Virus record (IMG/VR): IMGVR_UViG_3300027819_000006
Length of the DNA: 64,000 nucleotides
Origin: a virus
Taxonomy: Duplodnaviria; Caudoviricetes
Direction: 5' to 3' (one strand)
Shown: positions 39,959-50,400 of the stretch, one piece after another
How positions within the stretch are numbered: the stretch's first letter is position 1
Layout: each line of letters opens with the position of its first letter
Program-made: the position numbers and the translations under genes
Notes under the pieces: generated by a model
Database searches by the model: none
What the model was told of the DNA's origin: nothing
What the model saw: the letters and a program-made list of their open reading frames with translations, nothing else

Positions 39959-42133
39959 TCAAAAATCCATCAAATTTTGAATTATTATATCTGTATTAGA
40001 ATCTTTTCTTATAGGGTTTGCAAGTTTAGAAATTGCTAAAAGATTCCCCCAGTCGTCATACAACCCCACAGTTGTAATATAAGTTGCTGGTGAATCTAAC
40101 AAGCTATCATTTGTATCAGGTGAAACAGATGTTGGGTTCTCTGAATAATTATATTCTGAACCAGAGATTGTAGCATTCAGCATCAGTCTTCCTCTATTTT
40201 CTATAGAATCAAAAGCTATTCTTCTGATATTGAAAGCTGAATTATTATTTCCTGTAACTGTAAATCCAAAGTCTCCAGTAGTTCCAGATGCAGGATATAA
40301 CCAAAATAGTCCAGCATTTGCATCATTATTATCTAATATGATAGTTTTCAGATCATAATAGATTAATCCTACTCTTGTAATTGTGCCATCACCACCAGAT
40401 CTAAATATTCTACCTTGTTTCATTCCATTTTGCAAAACAGTTTCAGGTTGATCTGTATATAAATATGTCCTCAGAATAGAAGATGCAGAAGATTCTGATA
40501 TTGGCATAGCTGTAGTTGTAATATCGTCATGATCAAATAAATCTATTCCACTATTTCCAACTAGAACTCCAGTATTTGAATATTTGCTTATATCGTCAGC
40601 AGACAGAGTATTTCTTTCATTGAAATTCCACCAAGCAACTATATTTGTAGAAGTAGATCCTCCTGTCAATGTAGGATCCCAAAAATTGCTGAATAGAATG
40701 CCAGCTGTTGATGAAGCAGTAACCAATTTATTTATCTGATCTTTAATTCCTGTGCTACCATCTGTAAATCTTTTATTCCACATTCTTATATGTTGAATCT
40801 GTCCATCATAGCCACCATCTAAATTTGTATCACCAGATAAAGCTAAAGATACTCTATCACCAGTAGTATCAGTTTTTGCTCTATTATAGTTAGAAATTCC
40901 TATGTATAGATTATTGGCAGAGTTTGTAGCACCATCTACCATATCTCCATAAGAAATACTTGTGGTCTTCAAAGGAATTCTCTGGTCAAACATATTAGTC
41001 TGAACTACTGGTCCATTTGCTGCATCTGAACCGTTTAACCTTGGATCAACTTGTTCACTATTATATAATTTGTAACCATCAATATAACCAAATACTGCTC
41101 CAGCACCAGATTCTACAGTATTTGAACCATCTACACCAGATATTCCCCAACTAACTATTAATCTATGAAACTTGCCATCATAGATATTTATGCCTACATC
41201 ATCTGGAATGAATAGACCAGAAGCTTGAACATCTTTCTGAGCAAATGTATTTGTAAAATCTGTATCTGAAGAAGAGCCTCTTATATAAAATCTAAATGCT
41301 GATTTCTGTTTGTCTGGTGATTCACAGAGTTCTAACTTCATAAAAGCATTTTGAGTGCTGATATTTGATCCATCAAAACCAGAGTTTGAAAGTCTTCTCC
41401 ACAAAATAGTAGAATTAACATTATATGGTCTTATCACAGCTTCTATTGTCAGAGCACTTGTTGCTAAATCTAAACTGCTATTAGGTGCCCATCTGACTCC
41501 AAAGAATGATTTTGTAGGAACACCAATATCTCCGCCATAGGAATTTTTTAAATCTAAAGCTGTAGTAAATCCCGTGGCATTTCCTGTCACTATTCCCGTA
41601 GCAGAACTATTTGAGTTATTAAATTCCATTCTAAAAGAAGAAGGTAATATATGATCTTTTGCTAAATCTCTTCTTAATGATATGACTCTAGCTACAGTCA
41701 AGTTTATAGATGTAGTAGAGCTAATTATAGAAGTACTACTTTGAGCAGAATATATATTATCTTGTCTGTATAGATATCCTTGTAGATAATTGAACAGAGC
41801 TTGATGAGACATTGAAGAATTGTCATTAGAGCTGCTTTTATAATTCTGCACAGCAGAGTTAGATAGGAAACATCCAACTGGTCTTTCAGCTGTCAGAGAA
41901 CTTCCAGGTATAGTAGTTTTGTCAAAATTCCATAGATATTTTACTTCTTGAGCTTGAGTTAGGCCAAATTGTAGAGGAACATCTGTTCTTAAAAGATTTA
42001 CTTTACCAAGAGATTTGATAGCTGTAAAGAAATGAACATTAGAAGCACAAGGACTTATATTAGAGATAGAAATAGTCTCTTGATTATCAAACTTTATAGG
42101 AATTATCTGCGAAGGTTCAAAGACTTTAAACAT
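39959..42133 (-). CDS. Large baseplate/tail structural protein (LamG-like insert, GLY..GNLLA C-terminus)
   Basis: 724 aa; GQIQHIRMW, VAWWNFNE, TYITTVGLYDDWGNLLAISKLANPIRK. Confidence 0.65.
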   Translation of the reverse strand: MFKVFEPSQIIPIKFDNQETISISNISPCASNVHFFTAIKSLGKVNLLRTDVPLQFGLTQAQEVKYLWNFDKTTIPGSSLTAERPVGCFLSNSAVQNYKSSSNDNSSMSHQALFNYLQGYLYRQDNIYSAQSSTSIISSTTSINLTVARVISLRRDLAKDHILPSSFRMEFNNSNSSATGIVTGNATGFTTALDLKNSYGGDIGVPTKSFFGVRWAPNSSLDLATSALTIEAVIRPYNVNSTILWRRLSNSGFDGSNISTQNAFMKLELCESPDKQKSAFRFYIRGSSSDTDFTNTFAQKDVQASGLFIPDDVGINIYDGKFHRLIVSWGISGVDGSNTVESGAGAVFGYIDGYKLYNSEQVDPRLNGSDAANGPVVQTNMFDQRIPLKTTSISYGDMVDGATNSANNLYIGISNYNRAKTDTTGDRVSLALSGDTNLDGGYDGQIQHIRMWNKRFTDGSTGIKDQINKLVTASSTAGILFSNFWDPTLTGGSTSTNIVAWWNFNERNTLSADDISKYSNTGVLVGNSGIDLFDHDDITTTAMPISESSASSILRTYLYTDQPETVLQNGMKQGRIFRSGGDGTITRVGLIYYDLKTIILDNNDANAGLFWLYPASGTTGDFGFTVTGNNNSAFNIRRIAFDSIENRGRLMLNATISGSEYNYSENPTSVSPDTNDSLLDSPATYITTVGLYDDWGNLLAISKLANPIRKDSNTDIIIQNLMDF

Positions 42134-42135
42134 TT

Positions 42136-42662
42136 CTATGTTACTCTAATTTTATATTTTTTATCATTCTTGCTTGAATATATAATACATTTAGCTATAA
42201 AACATAAATTATTGAATTCTTTATTGTTTTCTAAATGGTTACAACTATCTTTTTTAACATAAGCTACTGTGACATGTGGTTTGTAATCAGGATATGAATT
42301 TTTATTATCAAAATTGTCTTCTATATCGTAGTGTAATTTTTCTAAATCTTTACTTGCTATTCTTATAGTTACTACATCATGATCACTTGAATCTCTGAAT
42401 ATTTGAACATTTTCAAACAGAATCTAACTTGTCCATAGTTGTCAAGATAATCTCTAATTTTATCTGCTTTTTCATCCGTTAAGCCATAGAGAACTGTAAC
42501 GTGTATATCATTTTTAGATTGTCTACCCATGTCATCTTTTGCATATATAGAATTCTGGGGAATATTTTCAATTCCCCATTTGTAGATTCTACTTGAGATA
42601 TTTGTTGGTAGATCAATCTGAGTAGATGAATAAGAATGTTCTAGTAGATAAGATAGTTTCAT
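42136..42662 (-). pseudogene. 2H phosphoesterase (two HxT motifs) with one frameshift
   Basis: IHVTVLYGL in 42372..42662; alternate frame continues VQIFRDSSDHDVV...YPDYKPHVTVAYVKK...* to 42136; shift in an A-run near 42411. Confidence 0.75.
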
Positions 42663-42687
42663 TATATTATTTAATATTACTTAATAT

Positions 42688-43554
42688 CTAGTACTGAAGA
42701 GTGGTAACTATCGAAATTTCTTTTGTGAACAGCTTTCTAACTGGTGGACTAACTTTACCGACTGCCAAAATTTCTCCTGAATCATTATACAATCCAACAG
42801 TTGTGACATACGTTGTTGGAGAACTTGTTAACGATCCAGAAATCGTTCCCAATGTAGGATTAGATATGGCTGTCGGATTTGTAGTATAATTACATTCATT
42901 TGGAAATGCTCTACAAAAATACATTGTCTGCTTTAAGATATTCAGAGCTTGAAATGACAGAGAAGTACATACAACAAAACCTGCAGATGCTGCTCCAAAT
43001 GTAAATCCTGAAGCTGAGTCACAGAGAAAATGTGGCCATCCTGTTCCACCATGAAATAGTAAAGAAGCTGTATCATAAAATACAGTTCCTACTATATTAG
43101 ATGTATTACTTTGCGAAACTAAAGATCCTTTTCTACCAACAGATCCAGTAATAGAAGATTCTGGTATATCTATATATGTATTATTAGCAGAAGTTCCGAA
43201 TGTAAAAGTAGCAGTAACAGTACCAGAAACTATTCCATCATCAGAAGTAGTTCTACCAATAGTCATAGCTCTAATAAGAGATGTAGTAGAAGCCAAATTA
43301 TGAGCAACAGGAACTACAGCTGAGGCAGTTGATGAGAAATAGTAATTAGCTATATTTCTAAATGCAGAACTCAGAGGAGTAGTTGTCACAGTTCCTTGAG
43401 CATTATTCATATATGCTGTATCTGAAGCTTGAGCTACAAATGAATTTATATTCTTATTTTGTGCAGCTGAAAGAGAAGTCAGAGCAAAAGATGTTTTATT
43501 TGATATCTCATTCTGCACGATATCACGGTTTTCTTGTAAAGATATGAGACTCAT
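42688..43554 (-). CDS. Baseplate/tail structural protein, GLYND.GE.LA family
   Basis: FCRA...E.NYTTNPT, TYVTTVGLYNDSGEILAVGKVSPPVRK. Confidence 0.6.
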   Translation of the reverse strand: MSLISLQENRDIVQNEISNKTSFALTSLSAAQNKNINSFVAQASDTAYMNNAQGTVTTTPLSSAFRNIANYYFSSTASAVVPVAHNLASTTSLIRAMTIGRTTSDDGIVSGTVTATFTFGTSANNTYIDIPESSITGSVGRKGSLVSQSNTSNIVGTVFYDTASLLFHGGTGWPHFLCDSASGFTFGAASAGFVVCTSLSFQALNILKQTMYFCRAFPNECNYTTNPTAISNPTLGTISGSLTSSPTTYVTTVGLYNDSGEILAVGKVSPPVRKLFTKEISIVTTLQY

Positions 43555-43591
43555 TCTTGTTCCTCTAAAGTTATTATTTTAAATGTCATTT

Positions 43592-44689
43592 TTAACTTCC
43601 ACTCGCAGAAACTGTTAGCTGAAAAACACCGCGGGCACCACTTTGCAGACCTACACAGTCTACTAAAACAGTTCCAGAATTTCCCAAAGCTGTTTTCATT
43701 TGAAATGTAGCTATACCTTGTGAATTTTGTTGTACTTTAGAATTCACCAGTGTTGCTATACTTGTATCTCTAGATATTCCAGCATATCCAGACACATCTG
43801 TTCCATTTGTAGTTTCTACTGTAAAAGAGACTGTGTCTCCATATTTTACTGTAGCTATAGAGGGCTTTATAGATAATACAGACACTTTTAGAGAACCTTT
43901 AGGCAAAGTTATCAGACGGTATCTTTGAGCTATGTCAGGATTTGATGTAGGCTCAAGAATAGGCAAATTCAGAATATTTATGTCTGGATTCGATGGGTTG
44001 CTGACATCGTATAACTGATAATTTATTTCCACTTATTCTGGTTGTCACCAACCAGGTTAGACTATATCTTCATATTATTACTTCTAATATGCTCTGCTTT
44101 TCGATCTATTTTATAAGATCTACTCTACTCTGTGAATATTTTATTATTCCATTTCGATAGTCGTTGAGCTGACTTCATTTTACAGAAGATTAGTTGCTGG
44201 TTGACTCTAATTAAATATTTTTAAGCATTCACATTCATTATTTCTAATCATGTTGTAGCTATTTAATTTTAGCAAGCTATTCCAACAATTAACAGAGTTT
44301 ATAGACGACTCAATAATTTATCTTACAGGATCGTCCCCGAACGAAAATTTTGTAATTTTAAAACTGCCATCGTTCTTGGCAAGCAATTCTCTTCCTTTGG
44401 TCGTTAAAATGCAATCTATGATCGCCGAATTGTTAACTTATAGTTATAATTCCTATAAGACCGGACTATTTCTTCAACTGGTATATGTTTCAGTTGCTCG
44501 GGGCTTTATGAGATATTATTAGTAAGATTCTTCAATCTCTAGTCTCTGCACCTTTCTATATACTTATTATCTATTCTATAGAGTAGGCTCAAGATTGGCA
44601 TTTCAGCTTTCCTTGAGTTTACCGAGTTTTTCATTATATATCGCTATATAAGCTACCTATGATCAAGTAGATGAATCAAGATATGCCAC
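43592..44689 (-). CDS. Spliced virion structural gene (exons 44666-44689, 44330-44425, 43592-44029; 185 aa)
   Basis: RBS aaggag + GTG at 44689; the joined exons read MAYLDSST|AIIDCILTTKGRELLAKNDGSFKITKFSFGDD|EINYQLYD..., with all junctions on codon boundaries. Confidence 0.85.
44030..44329 (-). ncRNA. Group I intron (300 nt, ORF-less; IA/IB-like core)
   Basis: P1 GACGAU/GUCGUC with U.G at the 5' splice site; R UCAACGACUA (44158-44167); S AAGAUAUAGUCU (44059-44070); P9 CUGGUUG-GUGA-CAACCAG; terminal G at 44030. Confidence 0.9.
44426..44665 (-). ncRNA. Group I intron (240 nt, ORF-less; IC3/tRNA-Leu-like core)
   Basis: P1 CUACU/GGUAG with U.G; P AAACUCAAGGAAA; Q AAUCUUGAGC; R GCAGAGACUAG; S AAGAAAUAGUCC; P3 CUCGG/CCGAG; terminal G at 44426. 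Confidence 0.88.
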
Positions 44690-45571
44690 TATTTATTCTC
44701 CTTTAAATTTAATTCTTTCTCATGTTTTTCTATATCTTTTAAAAACCAAACTTCTAATTCATAATTTAAATTTCTTACAGCTTGCCATTTCAATTCATCA
44801 GTGCTTGTTTTGAAACCTTTAATTTCTAAATATTTAAATGAATTATCTATATTATTTTAAAATCGATACAGTATGAATGATTTTTATCATCTTCTCCAAC
44901 ATATTGCACTCTGTCGTTAGTGTATTCCCAATCTTTAATAATACCTGCATCTTTCATTTTATCTAATATAAAGCAAGATCTATATTCATAGCTTCCTAAA
45001 ACTTTTAAATTTTCATTATATTGTATCCATTTTGAAAAAGACTGTCCAGATGGATTTCTACCATTTATATAAGTATTCTTTGCAGATTTCGACATCTTGT
45101 CTTTAGTTTTTTCAGTTTGTTTAAACCCTTTTCTATTCTTTTTGCTCTAATTTTATCTCTAGTTTCTTTAGAAACAGGTTTATTATATCGACCATTTTTA
45201 TCACCTTCAGTTAAATAACCCTTATTATAATGGCCATTCTTACTTCTTGATACTAGATGACCCTTGCCATACATTCCATTTCTTTCACCTTGACTATGAT
45301 ATTTAGAAACACATTTTATGCTGCAAAACTCATGCTTTAAAGTATCTGTTGGCAAATGATAGCTATTTTCAAACCAACTATTGCATTGTAAACATTTAGT
45401 GAAGCAGTTAAATACTATATTAGATAGCCAAAATTTACATTTTCTAGAGCAGCAATTTGATTTATAGATTACAGCAGAGTCATTTTTAACTTCTGTTTCA
45501 AACCACTGACAACATGCATCACATTTCTTACTACATGTATAATATTTTGCTTTCATATAACTAAATATCAT
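44689..45571 (-). pseudogene. Decayed free-standing endonuclease (Cys-rich + NUMOD-like + PD-(D/E)xK) with two frameshifts
   Basis: Frames 45065..45571, 44847..45095 and an unlisted third (DNSFKYLEIKGFK...W...KENK*) whose TAG overlaps the GTG of the intron-containing gene. Confidence 0.8.
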
Positions 45572-46433
45572 CTTTCTCTGTTTTTTGTCCTTCTTCTGCT
45601 ACTGCTTCTTCAACTACTTCACTGCTATCTTCATTATTCAGTTCTTTCATTACTTCTATTATACTTTCACTATTATCTTTCACAAATGCTTCTAATCCTT
45701 TATCTGCTTGTTCTCTAGTATCTGTCATAATTTCTTCTTTAGCTGTATCTTGTTCGATCTCTTGTTTACTTCTTCGTTTTCTTGTTCTTTTTTCTTCTGC
45801 GGGTTCAATCTGTTCTATAGTTTCTGTTTTAGTTTCTTCTGCAATTGACACCGCTACATCTGTTTGTACAAAATTCAGTACACCAAATCCATTAGGGAAA
45901 CCACCATCATCATTGGTTTCTATCAGCTTTACCGACTTTTCATCATAAGTTCTCTGCCAAGATTCAAATAAAGCTTTTGACTGCATTTCATCTGTAACTG
46001 CACACTGTACATCGTGTATTACAATTGTGCATTTACCTGCAACATTTTTCTTTATGATGTTCCACAATATGTATAATTTATCTATACTCAAGCATTCATC
46101 TATTAGAATAAAATCAGCATTTTTAAGAATATCTAAATGATTGTCTAAATATTCTATTATATTGGGACTAGTCTTTACTGTTACATCATGAATGTTGTTA
46201 TCTTTTAGATTGTCATAGACTGAGGGTAGCAGATCTCTGTAATAATCTAATGTTATTATTTCTGCTCCTGTTTCTCTTGCTGCATATGCTAAATATAGAG
46301 TGTTAAACCCAGCATATGTGCCAATCTCTACTATATTTTTGCAATTGTTTTCTTTGACTAGATTGTAGAGAATCTCGCCTTCAGTATGAGTTGAAAGACG
46401 CGAGCCTTTAAAGTTGAATCCTTGTAAGTTCAT
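45561..46433 (-). CDS. Class I SAM-dependent methyltransferase (Methyltransf_24-like) with acidic C-terminal tail
   Basis: IVEIGTYAG.NT...LA, ITLD, DFILID, IVIHDV. Confidence 0.75.
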   Translation of the reverse strand: MNLQGFNFKGSRLSTHTEGEILYNLVKENNCKNIVEIGTYAGFNTLYLAYAARETGAEIITLDYYRDLLPSVYDNLKDNNIHDVTVKTSPNIIEYLDNHLDILKNADFILIDECLSIDKLYILWNIIKKNVAGKCTIVIHDVQCAVTDEMQSKALFESWQRTYDEKSVKLIETNDDGGFPNGFGVLNFVQTDVAVSIAEETKTETIEQIEPAEEKRTRKRRSKQEIEQDTAKEEIMTDTREQADKGLEAFVKDNSESIIEVMKELNNEDSSEVVEEAVAEEGQKTEKDDI

Positions 46434-46439
46434 TTATTT

Positions 46440-47040
46440 CTAATCCTTTCTATTTTTTATTATTTCTGTATATAGTTCTTTTTCATATATAACTTCTACT
46501 GCATAATATTTGTCACAAGTAATCATTACTTCATATTTCGATCTTATAGCTCTTACTAAATTTTTATCTGTATAGTATTCCTTTACTTCATCCCACCATC
46601 TCTTTATTTGCTCTATATATCATGTAGATTTACATACTCCAATCCTACATCTCTACCAGTATCTTTTATAAATTTTTCAAGATAGTCTTTACATCTTGTA
46701 CTATATGTGAGAAATGAAATGTTTCTATAGGAAAAATTAAGTGTACAGCTCCATATTCAGCAGCTTTTTTAGAATCACCTGTACATAGTATAGAATTAGA
46801 TCTATGAGCTATAAAATTTTTGCTCAATTCACTGTCAACATAATTAAAGAAAAGTTCATGCTTAGTCTTTGATCTCCTATCTTTTCTGACTGTTCTTATT
46901 AATTCTCCTCTTTCTGTTCCTCTATATAATGGTAACAATTTTGATTAGTCTAAAAACTTTGAACAGTCTACGATTATAGATTTAGCTAATTGTTTTATGT
47001 CAGTGCTATTTATAGCTTCTTTTAATAGTATTTTTGTCAT
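46440..47040 (-). pseudogene. Disrupted paralogue of 35287..35916 (in-frame TAA plus frameshifts)
   Basis: DCSKFLD*SKLLPLYRG vs DCSHFLTESKNLPLYKG; a later frame gives NLVRAIRSKYEVMIT vs NLDRAIKSKHEIMIT. Confidence 0.65.
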
Positions 47041-47454
47041 ATGAATATTTTCTATTAATCCTGAATAATATTCAAAAAATTCATCTAAATTTATATCTAT
47101 GTATTTTTGTTGTTTATTGTCTATACTAATCTTTTTGGGTTTATTATTTACAATTAGATTTACAGCTACTTTAAGTGATTTTTTTGAAACTTTTAGTTTA
47201 TCATAATGCATATATGCATCACCATATAAAAATCCTATCCTAATATATCCAAAAGTAAACGATTTTTCATATAAATCTTTATAGTTTGTTTCATCTTTAA
47301 TAAATGCTGTCATTTCTGGAAATTTTTCTGGATGCAAAAACATCCAATATTTATGTCCTTCATTTCTATTCACTTTCAGAGCTTTAGCTAGTGGTGTAAT
47401 CCAATAAAGAGTTGGATAATAGTCATGTAGTTCTAATATTAGTTTTAGTTTCAT
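46945..47454 (-). CDS. MKLK-leader small protein (3' end runs into the disrupted gene)
   Basis: MKLKLILE; YWITP...H..W...GYIRI. Confidence 0.5.
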   Translation of the reverse strand: MKLKLILELHDYYPTLYWITPLAKALKVNRNEGHKYWMFLHPEKFPEMTAFIKDETNYKDLYEKSFTFGYIRIGFLYGDAYMHYDKLKVSKKSLKVAVNLIVNNKPKKISIDNKQQKYIDINLDEFFEYYSGLIENIHMTKILLKEAINSTDIKQLAKSIIVDCSKFLD

Positions 47455-47457
47455 TTA

Positions 47458-50400
47458 TTAGCTCTGTATACGAATTCCAACTTGTTGTGAAGATTCGCCC
47501 AAAATATTATTATCGTTTGTAATGCCTACTCTTATCACTTGTGTAACATTGCTAAACAAATTAGTAATTCTTATTGGAACTATTCCCAGAGTACCAGATA
47601 ATGATGTAGTGTCTGTTGAAAGTGCTCTGACTACATCTGCTAATTGCAAGTTCATCTCTATTGTTGCAATATCAGTTTTAGTGCTGAATATTCTATCTTT
47701 GCCACTGATATCTCTATATTTATTGTTTGCTATATCTCCAATCTGTGCTTTAAATAAGTTTGTAGTTCCATCACCAGATACAGGGAATTCAAATCTCATT
47801 GCTGGTACATTTGACAGCACAGGTTTTCCACCTCTCAATATTCTGAACCTTCCATAGATATTTCCATTGAAAGCTGAAGGAGATGCTGTAGGAGATAAAA
47901 CTATTCTGCTAACAGTTATATCTAATTCTGTTTTCTCTGGTGAAGATGGTGTTGATTTTACTGTCAACAATCTACCAACTCTAGTAGAAGAAAATCTTGG
48001 TGTGTTGACAGAGCTGTTAGTAGAAAGATTGGGCAAATTTCTTTCAGAAGAAATAGAATTGCTTATAAATTGTTGTAATGGATTTTGTATTCTATATCCT
48101 TGGAAACTAGAAACTGTTGCAGCAGATACAGAAGTGTCTGATAGCAAAAAGTGATTACTTATTCCAAATTTAAATGAAGTCAAACTAGAAACTGTATAAT
48201 ATTCTCTCTGATTCTTTGGTCTTTCTAATATATGATTTTTAATTGTCAAACCTTCAGACAGCATATTAGATTTAGCAGGAATAAATTGGTACATGAATAC
48301 AAACATGTTTCCGATTGTATCACTGAAATTTTTCAGAGATCTGTTGAAGCTATTAAAATCTATAGGTAGCTTATGATTGAATCTAGTAAATATATCTTGT
48401 CTGATTGTAACAAATGGACCAGTATAAGATGGTCTGTATAGATCTTCTGGATCTCCTAATGAATTTGCTATATTCAGATCTCTTTTACTATTCAATATTT
48501 CTCTATTCAGCACATTTATAGGATCAAACGCTACAGAAATATATCCTGGATCTAACATGTTTTTTGAAACATCATCTTGTGTAATCTTGTCATCATCTAT
48601 AGCTAAAGATGCAGGATACCAGAATGAGAATTTCTCCATGCTTGGTATCATCTTATATCTATTTACAGATTGAAAATTTATTGGTATAGCTGAAGCATTT
48701 GCTGTAGTAGAATCAACTATAAAATTATATGCACCAGTAAGGACATGATTTTCTTTTAATCTATAGTGAGCTCTCAAACTACCATAAGTAGCAGAATTAG
48801 AAGCAGTCGAATTTTGAAAATCAATACTTTGGAAATTTCTACAATGTTCTTTTAAATCTTCTTCTTCTAATGCAACATTCCATACTCTAATTTCTTGCAT
48901 ATATCCAGAAAATGATCCTGAGCCGGGAAAATAAGTTCCAAAAGTCATAGCTCCACCAGATGAATGCAAATTTATTGCTTGTAATCCTGTAGTTACTCCT
49001 GAAGCTAATATAACTATATCATCATTTCCAGATCCAGAACCAGATAATCCCATAGTCCATATTTTTAAATTATCTCCAATTCTTGAAGCTATAATATTTA
49101 TAAAATTATTATCTCTGCTCTGTATAAAAGATGATAAAGAAGATTGAGTTGTTGAAGAAGTTATAGAAGCCCCTAAAGTTGCATTTATGCAAGCTGATAC
49201 AGAATCTATTAAAGCAGTATTGGATACAAATACAGGAGATGCTGTAATATTATCAATAAATACTTGGCTACTTACAGAATTGTTAGCAAAAATAGACAAC
49301 CAAGCAGTAGTAGCTGTATTACTCCATGATCCTGTTAACTGAATATATGATCCAGATGTAGAAGAAGTAGTTGAAAAATAGGGAGCTCCTGTTTGACTAG
49401 ATATAGTTCCTAATCTCATTCCATATGTACCTGGAACTTGAATATTTATAAAACTACTCAATCCATAAACAGTATTAGCTGTCAATCCAGTAAGCTGAGT
49501 AGCAAAAACTTGACTACCACAAGTGCTATTTGTACTTGCTGAAAATGATACTACTTGAGCAGAAGTTCCTGTATATTGCCCTCCACCAGCAGTAATTGTC
49601 GTAGTTATACTAGAATCTTTAATCCATCCAGATGCAGTATTATTGACATCAAAACCAATTTCAAACCCGGTGTTAGAAATATAATTGTATATATTACCAG
49701 TAGGTAATATAAAATAATCTTGTAACCAAACCCACACAGTTGAAGCAGTATTAGTCCATGTTAATACAGATTTCCCATATGTTCCAGTTGTAGTTGCTGT
49801 TGTAGATGTTTGCCAATCACTTAATCCGCTATTTGGACCTATTCTAAATACTAAAGTATGCTGATTTGAACCTGTAAGTGTAGTTATATCTATAAATCCA
49901 GTAATCCCATAGGGAATAGAATTAGTAGGTAATCCTGTCAATTGTTGAGCAAATACTGTTCCAGTTCTACTTGCATGATCTGGCCAAGTACTAAATTCTA
50001 ATCTTTGAGCTGAAGATCCAGCATGAACAGTTGTAGTTTCTGCAGAAGCTATAATAGATGGAGATTTAATCCATGCAGAAGCTAATCCCGTAGTTCCATT
50101 CTCAAAAGCGCTATTAGAAACTATATTTGCATATATTCCTGATATGGTATTAGTTATAAAATAAGCTCTACCAGATGCATCTATTTGCATTCTATATGCA
50201 GGATGTGTTAATAATCTATGAGTAGTTGCTGCTGTTGCAGAAACTCTCATTTCTATTGTGAAGTTGCTCGATGCTCCAAAATCAAAAGATGATATGCTAG
50301 CTGTTGGAGTTTGAGCATAAACATCTCCTGTGCTGAATAATACTGGAGTATCTAAATATTCTGGTATCTTTACATATAATGGATTTTTGAATGTAGAATA

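Noticed and set aside
34843-46947. Stop-codon reassignment suggested by in-frame TAA at 34843 and 46945
   Set aside because: TAA ends many clear genes here and long ORFs translate fully in code 11; isolated nonsense changes are simpler.
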